In this document: positions 1-9,301 of the stretch, in pieces
How positions within the stretch are numbered: the first letter of the stretch is position 1
Layout: every line of letters begins with the position of its first letter
Source of the DNA: an uncultured virus (IMG/VR IMGVR_UViG_3300046681_000127)
Taxonomy: Duplodnaviria; Heunggongvirae; Uroviricota; Caudoviricetes
Virus record (IMG/VR): IMGVR_UViG_3300046681_000127
Direction: 5' to 3' (one strand)
DNA: 64,000 nt
Position numbers and translations under genes: made by a program
Notes under the pieces: generated by a model
Database searches by the model: none
What the model was told of the DNA's origin: nothing
The model's input: only the letters and a program-made list of their open reading frames with translations

Positions 1-126
1 GGTAGTTCGCGGTGCATACGGGTCCCCAAAATCGGATGATCTTAAAAGTGTAGCTCTGTGTAACTGACGCTCCGCCGCAACGGCGGGCGCCGGCGTGCCG
101 CAACGGCACCAAGGAGAGTGATCAGC

Positions 127-579
127 ATGGGTGCAGGACCCTTGCCCAAGGACCCCTCGCAGCGGCGCCGGCGCAACGCCGACACGGTGACGACGACAGT
201 CCTTCCGGCTGCCGGACCTGATGGAGAGACCCCGGGGCTTCCCGGCGGTCATGATTACGACAGTCGCACGCTGTCCTGGTACGAGACGTGGCGAACCTCG
301 CCGCAGGCTGCAACGTTCCTTATGACGGACTGGCAGCGGCTGCACATGCTCGCCGAGTTGGTCGAACAGTATTGGCAGGAGCCGCGAAAGGACCTCCTGT
401 CGGAGATCCGACTCAACGAGGCCGCTTTGGGCGGCACGGCTGCAGATCGGATCCGGATGAGGTGGGTTGTCGCCGATCCGGAGCCCGCCGCAGCTGCAAA
501 GACGCCACGGGGTGGCCGAGGCGCCACTTCCCGCCGCGATCGGATCCTGAAGGCTGTCGATGACCAGGCAGACGCCTGA
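127..579 (+). CDS. terS: Terminase small subunit
   Basis: GPLPKDPSQRRRRNA N-terminus typical of actinophage TerS; overlaps TerL; RBS AAGGAG 111-116 (alternative GTG start at 118). Confidence 0.8.
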   Translation: MGAGPLPKDPSQRRRRNADTVTTTVLPAAGPDGETPGLPGGHDYDSRTLSWYETWRTSPQAATFLMTDWQRLHMLAELVEQYWQEPRKDLLSEIRLNEAALGGTAADRIRMRWVVADPEPAAAAKTPRGGRGATSRRDRILKAVDDQADA

Positions 580-2179
580 TCCTGACCGGTTCGTCTCCCT
601 CGGCTTTACTGCGGTCGAATGGATCGAGAACTACCTGTGCCACGGTCCCGGTGACGTGCAGGGCGAAGAGTTGGTCATCGACGATGAGATGCACGCCTTC
701 ATCGTCAAGGCGTACCGACTTGACGCAACGACCGGCCGCCGGAAGGTCAACCGAGCCTTCCTGTCTCGCCCGAAGGGTCGCGCTAAGAGCGAACTCGCCG
801 GCGCGTTGGTGTGCTTCGAGGCGCTCGGGCCTTGCCGTTTCGACGGCTGGGATGCCAATGGTGAGCCGGTAGGCCGTGAGCAGGTATATCCGTTCATTCG
901 TTGCTTGGCGACGGAGGAGAACCAGTCCGGGAACACTTACGACAACGTCACGGCGATGCTGGAGCACCTTGTCGAGTACTCCGGCGACGAGTTCCCCGGC
1001 ATCGACCTGGGACGGTCGGCGCAGTCATCGAGCCGCATCTTCATCGAGGGCGGCGGGGAGATCGTTCCGTCAACGTCGAGCGGTGCTGCGAAGGACGGCG
1101 GCAAGGAGACGTTCTCGGTCTTCGATGAAACGCACCTGTATGTGCTGCCCGAGCTGAAGGCTATGCACAAGACGGTGCGCCGCAATCTGACCAAGCGGAA
1201 GCGCGCCGAGCCGTGGTCCCTGGAAACATCGACGATGTACGCGCTCGGCGAGGAGTCTGTGGCCGAGGCGACGCACGAGTACGCGAAGGCCGTGAAGGCG
1301 GGTCGAGTAAGGGACGGCGGCCTGCTTTTCGACCATCGTGAGGCCCCACACGTTGAGGACCTGCACGATGACGAGCAGCTGCTTCCGGCCCTGGAGTTCG
1401 TCTATGGCGACGCTGCGCCCTGGATGGATCTGGAGCGAATTGCTTCGGATATGCGTGAGCCGGATACGGACCCGGCGGACGCGCGCCGCTACTTCCTGAA
1501 TCAGCCAGGTACGGCCTCGGCGAAGGCCTTCGACAAGGCCCAGTGGGCGACATTGGCGAACTCCGAGTTCGTGGTGCCCGCGAAAGAGCCGATCGTCATT
1601 GGCTTCGACGGGGCGAAGTGGCGGGATGCCACGGGGTTTGTGGCCACGCACCTGGAGACCGGCTTCCAGTGGCCGCTGGGGGTTTGGGAGGCACCGCTGA
1701 ACAGGCAGGAGGCCGAGGAGTGGGAAGTCCCGGAGAGCGAGGTCAATCTGACGCTCGCCGAGGCCTTCGATACCTGGACCGTGGTGCGCGTCTACGCCGA
1801 TCCGCCCTGGTACGAGGAAACGGTCGCAGCTTGGCAGGGCAAGTACGGGGAGAAGGTCGTCTCCGAGTGGTGGACTCACCGCGACCGGGCGATGGCGTTC
1901 GCGCTTCGGGGCTACAAGACGGCGCAGACGGCCGGGGACCTAACGCACGACGGTGACGAGGCGTTCGCTCGGCACATAGCGAATGCGGTGAAGCGCAACG
2001 CGCGAGCTCGGGACGACGAGGGCAAGCCGATGTGGACGATCCAGAAGGACCGCCACGACTCGCCCCGAAAGATCGACATTGCCATGGCCGGCTGCCTCTC
2101 ATGGGAAGCCCGGCGGGACGCGATCGCCGCAGGCCAGAACAAGCCCAAGAAGAAGTCGAAGATGCTGATTCTGCGCTAG
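560..2179 (+). CDS. terL: Terminase large subunit
   Basis: Walker A-like SRPKGRAKS, Walker B SVFDETH, nuclease GFDG...DAT and KIDIAMA motifs. Confidence 0.95.
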   Translation: MTRQTPDPDRFVSLGFTAVEWIENYLCHGPGDVQGEELVIDDEMHAFIVKAYRLDATTGRRKVNRAFLSRPKGRAKSELAGALVCFEALGPCRFDGWDANGEPVGREQVYPFIRCLATEENQSGNTYDNVTAMLEHLVEYSGDEFPGIDLGRSAQSSSRIFIEGGGEIVPSTSSGAAKDGGKETFSVFDETHLYVLPELKAMHKTVRRNLTKRKRAEPWSLETSTMYALGEESVAEATHEYAKAVKAGRVRDGGLLFDHREAPHVEDLHDDEQLLPALEFVYGDAAPWMDLERIASDMREPDTDPADARRYFLNQPGTASAKAFDKAQWATLANSEFVVPAKEPIVIGFDGAKWRDATGFVATHLETGFQWPLGVWEAPLNRQEAEEWEVPESEVNLTLAEAFDTWTVVRVYADPPWYEETVAAWQGKYGEKVVSEWWTHRDRAMAFALRGYKTAQTAGDLTHDGDEAFARHIANAVKRNARARDDEGKPMWTIQKDRHDSPRKIDIAMAGCLSWEARRDAIAAGQNKPKKKSKMLILR

Positions 2180-2182
2180 GGG

Positions 2183-3625
2183 GTGCCTGTGGAGCGCTCC
2201 GAGCTGCAGTGGTTGACGCATCTGATCTCGTGCCACGACAAGGAGCTTGCCGAGCTCAAGCGCCTGAACTCGTACTACGAGGGCTCTCAGCCGCTGTCGT
2301 ACATGGCGCCGGAGCTCCAGGTGGAGTTGCAGGAGACGGTGCGGCAGGTCGTCATCAACTGGCCGCGCCTGATCGTCGATTCGATCGAGGAGAGGCTCGA
2401 TGTCGAGGGCTTCCGTTTCCCCGGCGTGGCGGATGCCGACGATGAACTGTGGCGGATCTGGCAGGCCAATGACATGGATGAGCAGTCGCAGATGGGGCAT
2501 CTGGATGCCTTGGCGATGCGGCGCTCGTACATCGTGGTGGGCGCGAATGAGGATGACGACTCGACTCCTCTGATCACCGTCGAGAGCGCCCTGGACATGT
2601 TCGCGGAGTTCGATCCTCGGACGCGTCGGGTGGCTGCGGCGGTGAAGCGCTGGCAGGAGGACGGCGAGGGTGATCGGAAGGTCGACCACGCGACGCTGTA
2701 TCTGCCGGATGTCACGGTGTGGTGGGTGAAGGAGTCGGGTCACTGGGTCGAGGACCCGGAGTACCCGCGGGATGAGCACGAGACGGGCGAGGTTCTCGTC
2801 GAGGTGCTGCCGAACCGTCCGCGCCTGAAGTGTCCGGGCGGGGTGTCGGAGCTTCAGGACGTGATCCCGCTGTCCGACGCGGCCTGCAAGATCGCCACGG
2901 ACATGATGGTCAGCGCCGAGTACCACGCGACGCCGCGAAGGGTGGCGTTCGGCTTCGGCGAGGAGGACTTCGTCGACGAGTCCGGCCGCCGGGTGTCGGC
3001 GTTCAGCCGGATCATCGGCCGGATGTGGGCGACGGAGCGCTCCAAGCAGGACGGCGCGGACGTCGTCCAGTTCCCCGAGGCGTCGCTCAGCAACTTCCAC
3101 AGCACGCTGAATCAGCTCGCCCAACTCGTCAGCTCGCTGTCGGGCCTGCCGCCGCAGTTCCTCGGCTACTCGACCCAGAACCCGGCGTCAGCCGACGCCA
3201 TCCGGTCCTCCGAGACTCGTCTGGTGAAGCGCGCGGAGCGGAAGCAACGCGCCTGGGGCGGCTCGTGGGAGCGCGTCATGCGGCTCGTCCTTCGAGTGAA
3301 GGATGGCGAGTGGGATCCGGCAGCCAGATCACTAGAGACGATCTGGCGGGACGCTTCGACCCCGACCGTGGCACAGGTCGCGGATGCCTCAGTGAAGAAG
3401 TTCCAGGCGAAGATCGTGCCCCTTCGGCAGACGCGCGAGGACCTGCGGTACACGCAGGCACAGATCGAGCGCATGGAGGAAGAGGACGAGGCCGCGGCGC
3501 AGGATGCCATGCAGCGCATCATGGCCGGCGACCTCGCGGCGCTGGATTCGGGCGTGAAGCCGCCGATGGAGCCGGTGCCGATGCCCGCTGAGCCCGTTTC
3601 GGAGCCTGAGCCGGTGGGTGGCTGA
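2183..3625 (+). CDS. Portal protein (SPP1 gp6-like)
   Basis: YYEG, NWPRLIVD..ERL, NPASADAI motifs; follows TerL. Confidence 0.92.
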   Translation: MPVERSELQWLTHLISCHDKELAELKRLNSYYEGSQPLSYMAPELQVELQETVRQVVINWPRLIVDSIEERLDVEGFRFPGVADADDELWRIWQANDMDEQSQMGHLDALAMRRSYIVVGANEDDDSTPLITVESALDMFAEFDPRTRRVAAAVKRWQEDGEGDRKVDHATLYLPDVTVWWVKESGHWVEDPEYPRDEHETGEVLVEVLPNRPRLKCPGGVSELQDVIPLSDAACKIATDMMVSAEYHATPRRVAFGFGEEDFVDESGRRVSAFSRIIGRMWATERSKQDGADVVQFPEASLSNFHSTLNQLAQLVSSLSGLPPQFLGYSTQNPASADAIRSSETRLVKRAERKQRAWGGSWERVMRLVLRVKDGEWDPAARSLETIWRDASTPTVAQVADASVKKFQAKIVPLRQTREDLRYTQAQIERMEEEDEAAAQDAMQRIMAGDLAALDSGVKPPMEPVPMPAEPVSEPEPVGG

Positions 3626-4644
3626 CATGGCCGTAGCTCACCTGACGGCCCGGGATGTGGCGCTGGCGTTCCAGGCGGCGCAGGCGCGGCGGGCCCGAGC
3701 GGCGGCCAATCGAGTGCAGGATCTGTGGCGGCAGCTGGACCCGGGTGATCTGTCGAGGTCGTGGCAGATCTGGGTGGGTCCGCAGGTCGTCAACACAGTG
3801 ACGGCGGCCCAACTGGCTTCGGCTGCGGCGGCTGACGAGTACGTGGACGCCATGGTCTCTGCCGAGGGCGCTGATCCTGATCGTGCTGGCCGGACTCGCG
3901 CGGAGGCTTTCGCCGGGGTGGCGGCGGATGGTCGGTCGTTGGATGACCTGCTGCATTTGCCGATCATCACGAGCAAGATGCGTATCGCGGGCGGTATGGA
4001 TGTCGAGGAAGCGCTGATGTCGGGGCTGCGGCAGGCGCTGATGCTGTCCTCGTCGGAGGTGACGCAGGCCGGCCGGGGTGCAGTGGGTTCGTCGATGGCT
4101 GGGCAGCGCACGATCCAGGGCTATGTGCGGGTGGTCAACCCGCCCGCCTGTAGCCGGTGCATCCTCCTGGCCGGGAAGGAGTACGGGTGGAATGCTGGCT
4201 TTCAGCGCCACCCCCGATAGTTGCGACTGCACCCACCTTCCGACGACGCTGATTGCCCGCCACCAGTACCGGAACGGGTTCCTCAACCCGGACGCGTACT
4301 TCAAGGGCTTGTCCCGGGCTGAGCAGGACCGAATCTTCACTGCGGCCGGGGCGCGGGCGATCCGCGAGGGTGGCGATATCACCGCGATCGTGAACGCCCG
4401 TCGCGGCATGTACACCACCACGACTTACGGCCGGACGGTGCGTGCGACTCGTGAGGGTACGACGCGCCGCGGCCTGTTCTACCAGGCGGAGCGGCGCCGG
4501 GCGATCGCCGCAGGGCGCATCCCGACCTCTGGGCGCGGCTTCCGTTTGATGACGCCTCGACTCCTCCCCGAGGAGATCTTCAAGCTCGCCGGGTCGCGCG
4601 ATGAAGCAATCGCCATGCTCAGGCGCTTCGGCTACCTCTACTAG
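3618..4644 (+). CDS. MuF-like minor head protein, interrupted by a frame break and TAG at 4218-4220
   Basis: ACSRC...GFQRHPR* in one frame (3618-4220) and CDCTHLP... in the +1 frame (4222-4644); together they rebuild the CxxC...HPxCxC motif. Confidence 0.7.
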
Positions 4645-4707
4645 CCGATTTTTCGACGGCCGTGCGCAAGGCGCGGTCTCTGATCCCGCAACGGGAGACA
4701 CACCACC

Positions 4708-5460
4708 ATGCACAGCATCCGTAAGAGCTGGCTGTCCGCTGCTCACGGCGCGGACTGGTTCCGGCTGGACCGTCACAACGAACCCGACCCCGCGGACCCG
4801 GCCGACCCGGATCCCGCGGACCCCAAGGGCGACCCGGACCCGGTAGATCCGGAGCCCGACGCCGATCCTGCCGACTCGGATCCCGAGCCGGACCCGGAAG
4901 GTGCCGACAAGCTGGGTGACGCCGGCAAGAAGGCCCTCGACAAGATGAAGGCCGACCGGGCCGCCGCGAGGCAGGAGGCTGCGACGGCCAAGCGCGAGGC
5001 TGCGGCGCTGGCGAAGAAGGTCGCCGAGTTCGAGGACCGCGACCGTTCCGATCTGGAGAAGGCGACGGCGAAGGCCGATCGTCTCGCCGAGCAGGCTGCG
5101 AAGGCCACGGCACGGGCTGTGGCGGCCGAGGTGCGGGCGCTGTCGACTGGGCGCTTCGAGGATCCGACTGATGCGGCGGAGACGCTGATGCGGGATCCGT
5201 CGCAGTACGTCCTCGACAGCGGCGACATCGACACTGACGCCATCCAGGCGGCCCTCGACGGCCTACTGGAGCGCAAGCCCCACTGGGCGGTGTCCGAGTC
5301 TGCCCCGGTGGAGCCCGAGAAGGCGCCCAAGCCGCGCCCGAAGGCCGACCCCGGCCAGGGCGCACGGCCGAACACTCCGCCGACCGACTTCCGCACGGCT
5401 CCGAAGGAAGACTTCCACGCCGAGCTCGCCAAGTACGGCTTCAGGCCGCGCTGGTCATGA
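4708..5460 (+). CDS. Capsid scaffolding protein
   Basis: Asp/Pro repeats, LGDAGKKAL motif, coiled coil, KPHW; upstream of capsid gene. Confidence 0.85.
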   Translation: MHSIRKSWLSAAHGADWFRLDRHNEPDPADPADPDPADPKGDPDPVDPEPDADPADSDPEPDPEGADKLGDAGKKALDKMKADRAAARQEAATAKREAAALAKKVAEFEDRDRSDLEKATAKADRLAEQAAKATARAVAAEVRALSTGRFEDPTDAAETLMRDPSQYVLDSGDIDTDAIQAALDGLLERKPHWAVSESAPVEPEKAPKPRPKADPGQGARPNTPPTDFRTAPKEDFHAELAKYGFRPRWS

Positions 5461-5645
5461 TCGAAGTCCGCGCCCGGTTGGGCGACGGGCGCACCTCGAT
5501 TGAGGTGGCCGGTCATGAGGAGCAAGTCGCCGGGGGTCTCGCCTGCGCCTACGTGACGGCCGTTACCCAAACCGCATTGCTCGGCCTTCAGGCGATTGCC
5601 GAGCAATACCCGGACCTCGTGTCCGTAGAAATCATCGAGGAGTAA
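5457..5645 (+). CDS. prp: Minimal Prp-family (ribosomal-processing) cysteine protease
   Basis: IEVAGHE...LACAYVTAV and LQAIAEQYPDLV resemble Prp GH...xCAxVS and QYP motifs; ATGA-coupled to scaffold. Confidence 0.8.
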   Translation: MIEVRARLGDGRTSIEVAGHEEQVAGGLACAYVTAVTQTALLGLQAIAEQYPDLVSVEIIEE

Positions 5646-5648
5646 ATC

Positions 5649-6989
5649 ATGACCCCAACCATGACCGCGGTCCGGCCGCGGCTCACTCTCCGGCCGCGTT
5701 CGACCCGGCCGTGGTTCCGTCTCGACCGTCACGCCGTGGGTGTGCGGTCGAATCTGCCTGCGGCGATTCAGGCGATGCTGCAGAACGGCACGCTGGACCG
5801 GGTGTTCCGGGATTCGCTGGTGCCGCAGTTCCTGTTCCCGCAGGTCGCGGACGCCGAGCCCTGGATGGGCGGCCTGGGCGACAGCAAGATCTTCACCCGC
5901 AAGGGCCTCCTGGCTCCGGCGACGACCCCGGTCACCGGCTCGGACCCGTCTGCTTCGACGTACACGATCGAGCAGTGGTCCGTGGTCATGGACCAGTACG
6001 CGAACAGCATGGACACCAACATGCTGGGCAGCTCGCTGGCGCTGGCCAGCAAGTACCTGGCGGACGTGGAGAACCTCGGCATCAACGCCGGGCAGACCAT
6101 CAACCAGGTGGCCCGCAACAAGCTGTACAAGGCGTACTCGGGCGGCCGGACCTGGTGCACCACTGCCGGGTCCTCGGACACCAGCATCATCGTGCAGTCC
6201 ACGAACGGCTTCGAGACCGTCCTGGTCAACGGTGTCCCCACGGCGGTGTCTGCGTCCAACCCGCTCACCGTCAGTATCGCGGGCACCGCAAACACGGTGA
6301 CGGGCGTCAACACCGGCACGAGCACCCTGACCCTGGGCACCGCCCGGGTCGATGTCGCGGGCGACTACGTGGTGGCCGCGAACGCGCCGACGACGATCCG
6401 CGCGACCGGCAACTCCGCCTACGACCTCAGCTCGTCCAACACGGTCACCTTCGCGAACTTCCGGTCGGCGGTCGCCCGCCTGCGGAAGATGGCCGTGCCC
6501 ACCGTGGGCGGCTACTACGTCGCGCACATCGACCCCGACACCGAGGCCGAGCTTTTCGCCGACTCCGACTTCAAGCAGGCCCTGCAGGGCCGCGTCGACA
6601 GCCCCATCTACCGCGACCTGTCGATCGGCCGGTTCGCCGGTATCGACTGGGTCCGCAACCTGGAGGCGCCGACGATCCTCGGCGGCTCGGCGGGCACCCT
6701 CACCGTGCACCGTCCGGTCGTCCTCGGCGCGAACGCCCTCATGTCCGCACCCCTCGACGGCACCGCCAACCTCCTGGCCGGGACCGGCGTGGAAGACGTG
6801 CCCGACATCCGCACCATCCCGGCCTCCCCGGGGGTCGACGTCACGCTGCTGGTGCGCCCGCCGCAGGACCGCCTGCAGCAGGTCGTCACCACCACGTGGG
6901 CGTGGACCGGTGACTTCGGTGTCCCCTCCGATGCGGGCTCCGGCGATGCGGCGCTGTTCAAGCGCGGCGTCGTCATCGAGCACGCCTGA
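5649..6989 (+). CDS. Major capsid protein
   Basis: Position, 446 aa, strongly biased codon usage, HK97-like C-terminal pattern (YVAHIDP...DRLQQ...VIEHA), downstream hairpin. Confidence 0.88.
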   Translation: MTPTMTAVRPRLTLRPRSTRPWFRLDRHAVGVRSNLPAAIQAMLQNGTLDRVFRDSLVPQFLFPQVADAEPWMGGLGDSKIFTRKGLLAPATTPVTGSDPSASTYTIEQWSVVMDQYANSMDTNMLGSSLALASKYLADVENLGINAGQTINQVARNKLYKAYSGGRTWCTTAGSSDTSIIVQSTNGFETVLVNGVPTAVSASNPLTVSIAGTANTVTGVNTGTSTLTLGTARVDVAGDYVVAANAPTTIRATGNSAYDLSSSNTVTFANFRSAVARLRKMAVPTVGGYYVAHIDPDTEAELFADSDFKQALQGRVDSPIYRDLSIGRFAGIDWVRNLEAPTILGGSAGTLTVHRPVVLGANALMSAPLDGTANLLAGTGVEDVPDIRTIPASPGVDVTLLVRPPQDRLQQVVTTTWAWTGDFGVPSDAGSGDAALFKRGVVIEHA

Positions 6990-6998
6990 CCGTCTCCT

Positions 6999-7029
6999 GC
7001 CGGCGCGGACGCATCCCGTTCGCGCCGGC
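6999..7029 (+). terminator. GC-rich stem-loop after capsid gene
   Basis: GCCGGCGCGGACG...CGTTCGCGCCGGC inverted repeat. Confidence 0.5.
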
Positions 7030-7053
7030 GACCCTTCAGGAAGGAGGAGCGAC

Positions 7054-7431
7054 ATGCGTGTGCGCATGCTGAAGGCGGCGAAGGCCTACTGGAATTACGC
7101 CGTCACGGACTTCCCGACAGGCGAGGAGTTCGACGGCGATCTGGCCCGTCACCTCGCCGCCAATACCGAGCCCGGCACCGTGGAAGTACTGGAGCCCGAC
7201 CCGGAGTCGGAACCCGAGGTCGCGGAGGAGCCGGAGGAAGCCCCGGAGTCCGAAGACGACGACCCGGAGCCGGACGGCGACCTGTTCCCCATCGACGGCA
7301 CGGCCGCCGAAGTGCTGGCCTGGGTCGGCGACGACCCGGAGCGGGCGGCTGTCGCGCTGGAAGTGGAGCGGGAGCGGGACAAGCCGCGCTCCACGCTGGT
7401 GAAGCAACTCGAAAAGCTCGCCGAGAGCTGA
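7054..7431 (+). CDS. Head-associated acidic protein
   Basis: RBS AGGAGG; C-terminal AEVLAWVG...KPRSTLV pattern seen after capsid genes. Confidence 0.7.
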   Translation: MRVRMLKAAKAYWNYAVTDFPTGEEFDGDLARHLAANTEPGTVEVLEPDPESEPEVAEEPEEAPESEDDDPEPDGDLFPIDGTAAEVLAWVGDDPERAAVALEVERERDKPRSTLVKQLEKLAES

Positions 7432-7443
7432 GGGGAGGCCGCC

Positions 7444-8079
7444 GTGGCTCTTCCCCTACTGGCGACGGTGGCCGACCTTGAGGACGCGATGCAGCGCCCG
7501 ACGGGCAGCCTGGACGTCACGCAGGCTACGTTGGCACTCCGGCGGGCCTCCGCTCGGGTCCGTCGGTACACCCGCCAGGACATCTCGTTCGTGGCCGGCG
7601 AGACCATCGAAGTCCCGGGCGGCGACAAGGCGTTGCGGACCCCGCAACGCCCCCTCGTGGTGGACGGTTCGAATCCCCTGACGGTCGTCGAGGTCGCCGA
7701 CTTCGGTGGTATCGAGTGGACTGCCGTCGAGGGCCGGGATTTCACGCGGCTCGGCTCCGAGCTGACCCGCGGATACCCCTGGTACCAGCCAACCCGCACG
7801 ATGGGCTGGCCAAGGGGCCGGGTGCTCGGCGTGTGGGCGCCGAAGGTCCGCCTGACCTACTCCCACGGCTACAGCGACATCCCGGACGACATCCTCGACG
7901 TGGTCCTGGACCTGGCAACGATGACCCTCAGCAACCCGGAGAACCTGCGGTCGGTCGCCATCGACGACTACAGCCGCACGTTCGCCTCCGAGACCATCGG
8001 CGGCGCCGCACTCACCAAGCAGCACAAGGAAGACCTGCGGCCCTACCGGGTCGCCGCGTTCAGCGTGAGGACCTCGTGA
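7444..8079 (+). CDS. Head-to-tail adaptor
   Basis: LATVADL, LTYSHGY, IDDYSRTF; position. Confidence 0.8.
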   Translation: MALPLLATVADLEDAMQRPTGSLDVTQATLALRRASARVRRYTRQDISFVAGETIEVPGGDKALRTPQRPLVVDGSNPLTVVEVADFGGIEWTAVEGRDFTRLGSELTRGYPWYQPTRTMGWPRGRVLGVWAPKVRLTYSHGYSDIPDDILDVVLDLATMTLSNPENLRSVAIDDYSRTFASETIGGAALTKQHKEDLRPYRVAAFSVRTS

Positions 8080-8489
8080 CCGCCCTGGATGCGGCCCTGG
8101 CTTCGGGCCGGCGCGAGCATGAGGCCATCATGCTCGACACGGTCCGAATCTGGCGGCCGGGCCCGGTCGTGTTCAACCGGACGACGGGCACGGAGGCGCC
8201 GGGTACTCCGGTGGAGTTGTACTCGGGCAAGGCGCGGGTGAAGCCGTTCGGGCGCTCTGCCTCCACGGGTGTCGAGGCGGGCGAGCAGCAGGTGGTGCTC
8301 CGCGAGTACGTGGTGTCGGTGCCGTTCTCGGCGCTGCCGCCGACCGGGCAGACGGTGCGACCAGGTGATCAGGTTCAGGTGACGGCGTCCGCTGACGGGC
8401 GCCTGTCGGGCCGGACGCTGTGGGTGACGGCGGAGCAGTTGAACGCGCAGGCGACGGCGTGGCGGATCAGTGCGGAGGATCGGTCATGA
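8076..8489 (+). CDS. Head-to-tail stopper (DUF6093-like)
   Basis: GRREHEAIMLDT...YSGKARVK...ATAWR; GTGA-coupled. Confidence 0.7.
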   Translation: MTALDAALASGRREHEAIMLDTVRIWRPGPVVFNRTTGTEAPGTPVELYSGKARVKPFGRSASTGVEAGEQQVVLREYVVSVPFSALPPTGQTVRPGDQVQVTASADGRLSGRTLWVTAEQLNAQATAWRISAEDRS

Positions 8490-8878
8490 GCGGTGGGGCG
8501 GACGTGTCGGGGCTGCTGTCGCTGGCTGTCGATCTGGCGGGCGCTTCGGCGGCCGTGCAGCGCGAGGCTCCAGCGGTCGTCGCCAAGGGCGCGCTGAACA
8601 TCAAGAACGACTGGCGCGCGAATGCGATCGCCACGGCGGGGCGGCACGCGCGGATCTACCCGTATAGCATCGGCTACGACCCTGTGGTTGCCGCTGCTGG
8701 TTTCGTCGAGGCGATCATCGGCCCGGACAAGGAAAAGCCCCAGGGTGCGCTGGGCAACCTGCTGGAGTACGGGTCCGTGAACAACCCGCCGCACAACGAT
8801 GGCGGCAGGGCACTGATCGCGGAGGAGCCCCGCTTCATCGCTGCGGTGGAGGCGCTCGGTTTGACGGTGCTGCGGTGA
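8486..8878 (+). CDS. HK97 gp10-like neck/tail completion protein
   Basis: LGNLLEYGS..NPPH motif. Confidence 0.75.
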   Translation: MSGGADVSGLLSLAVDLAGASAAVQREAPAVVAKGALNIKNDWRANAIATAGRHARIYPYSIGYDPVVAAAGFVEAIIGPDKEKPQGALGNLLEYGSVNNPPHNDGGRALIAEEPRFIAAVEALGLTVLR

Positions 8879-9291
8879 CGGCCCCGGCGGTCCTGCCTCA
8901 CCGGGATGCGGTGCTGGCCGCCTTGGTTGCGGCGTTGCCGTCGGGTGCGGTGGGGGTCGGCCAGGCGCCCGACGGCGCGCCGCCGGCCGGATCTGTCACC
9001 CGGTATGCGGTGCTGTATTTCGACCCGGGCCAGTCGGTGAGCGAGTCGCTGGCCGACCTGCGCACGGACTTCGCGTGCAGCTTCCAGGTGACGTGCGTGG
9101 GGCCGACGGAGGAGCAGTGCCTGTGGGTCGCCGACAAGGTCCGCGGCGCGCTGCACCTGCCGCTCACCGTCGCGGGCCGCGCGAGTTGGCGGCCGGAGGA
9201 ACTCGGCGGGCCCCCGATCCAACGCGACGACGACCTCTCGCCGCCCGTCTACTTCCTGCCGATCCAGTACCGGCTCCAGTCCACATCCTGA
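8875..9291 (+). CDS. Tail terminator protein
   Basis: YAVLY...FQVTCVG...ADKVR; position. Confidence 0.7.
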   Translation: MTAPAVLPHRDAVLAALVAALPSGAVGVGQAPDGAPPAGSVTRYAVLYFDPGQSVSESLADLRTDFACSFQVTCVGPTEEQCLWVADKVRGALHLPLTVAGRASWRPEELGGPPIQRDDDLSPPVYFLPIQYRLQSTS

Positions 9292-9301
9292 GGAGAAACC
9301 C

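Noticed and set aside
1..30. Possible cos end upstream of terS
   Set aside because: Position is suggestive, but the cut site cannot be defined without read termini
4780..4900. GACCCG-type repeats resembling an array
   Set aside because: They encode the Asp-Pro linker of the scaffold; no spacers
4773..7067. Long antisense ORFs (764 aa here, 879 aa at 12793-15432 and others)
   Set aside because: Shadows of high-GC sense genes; no motifs, and fully overlap well-supported CDSs
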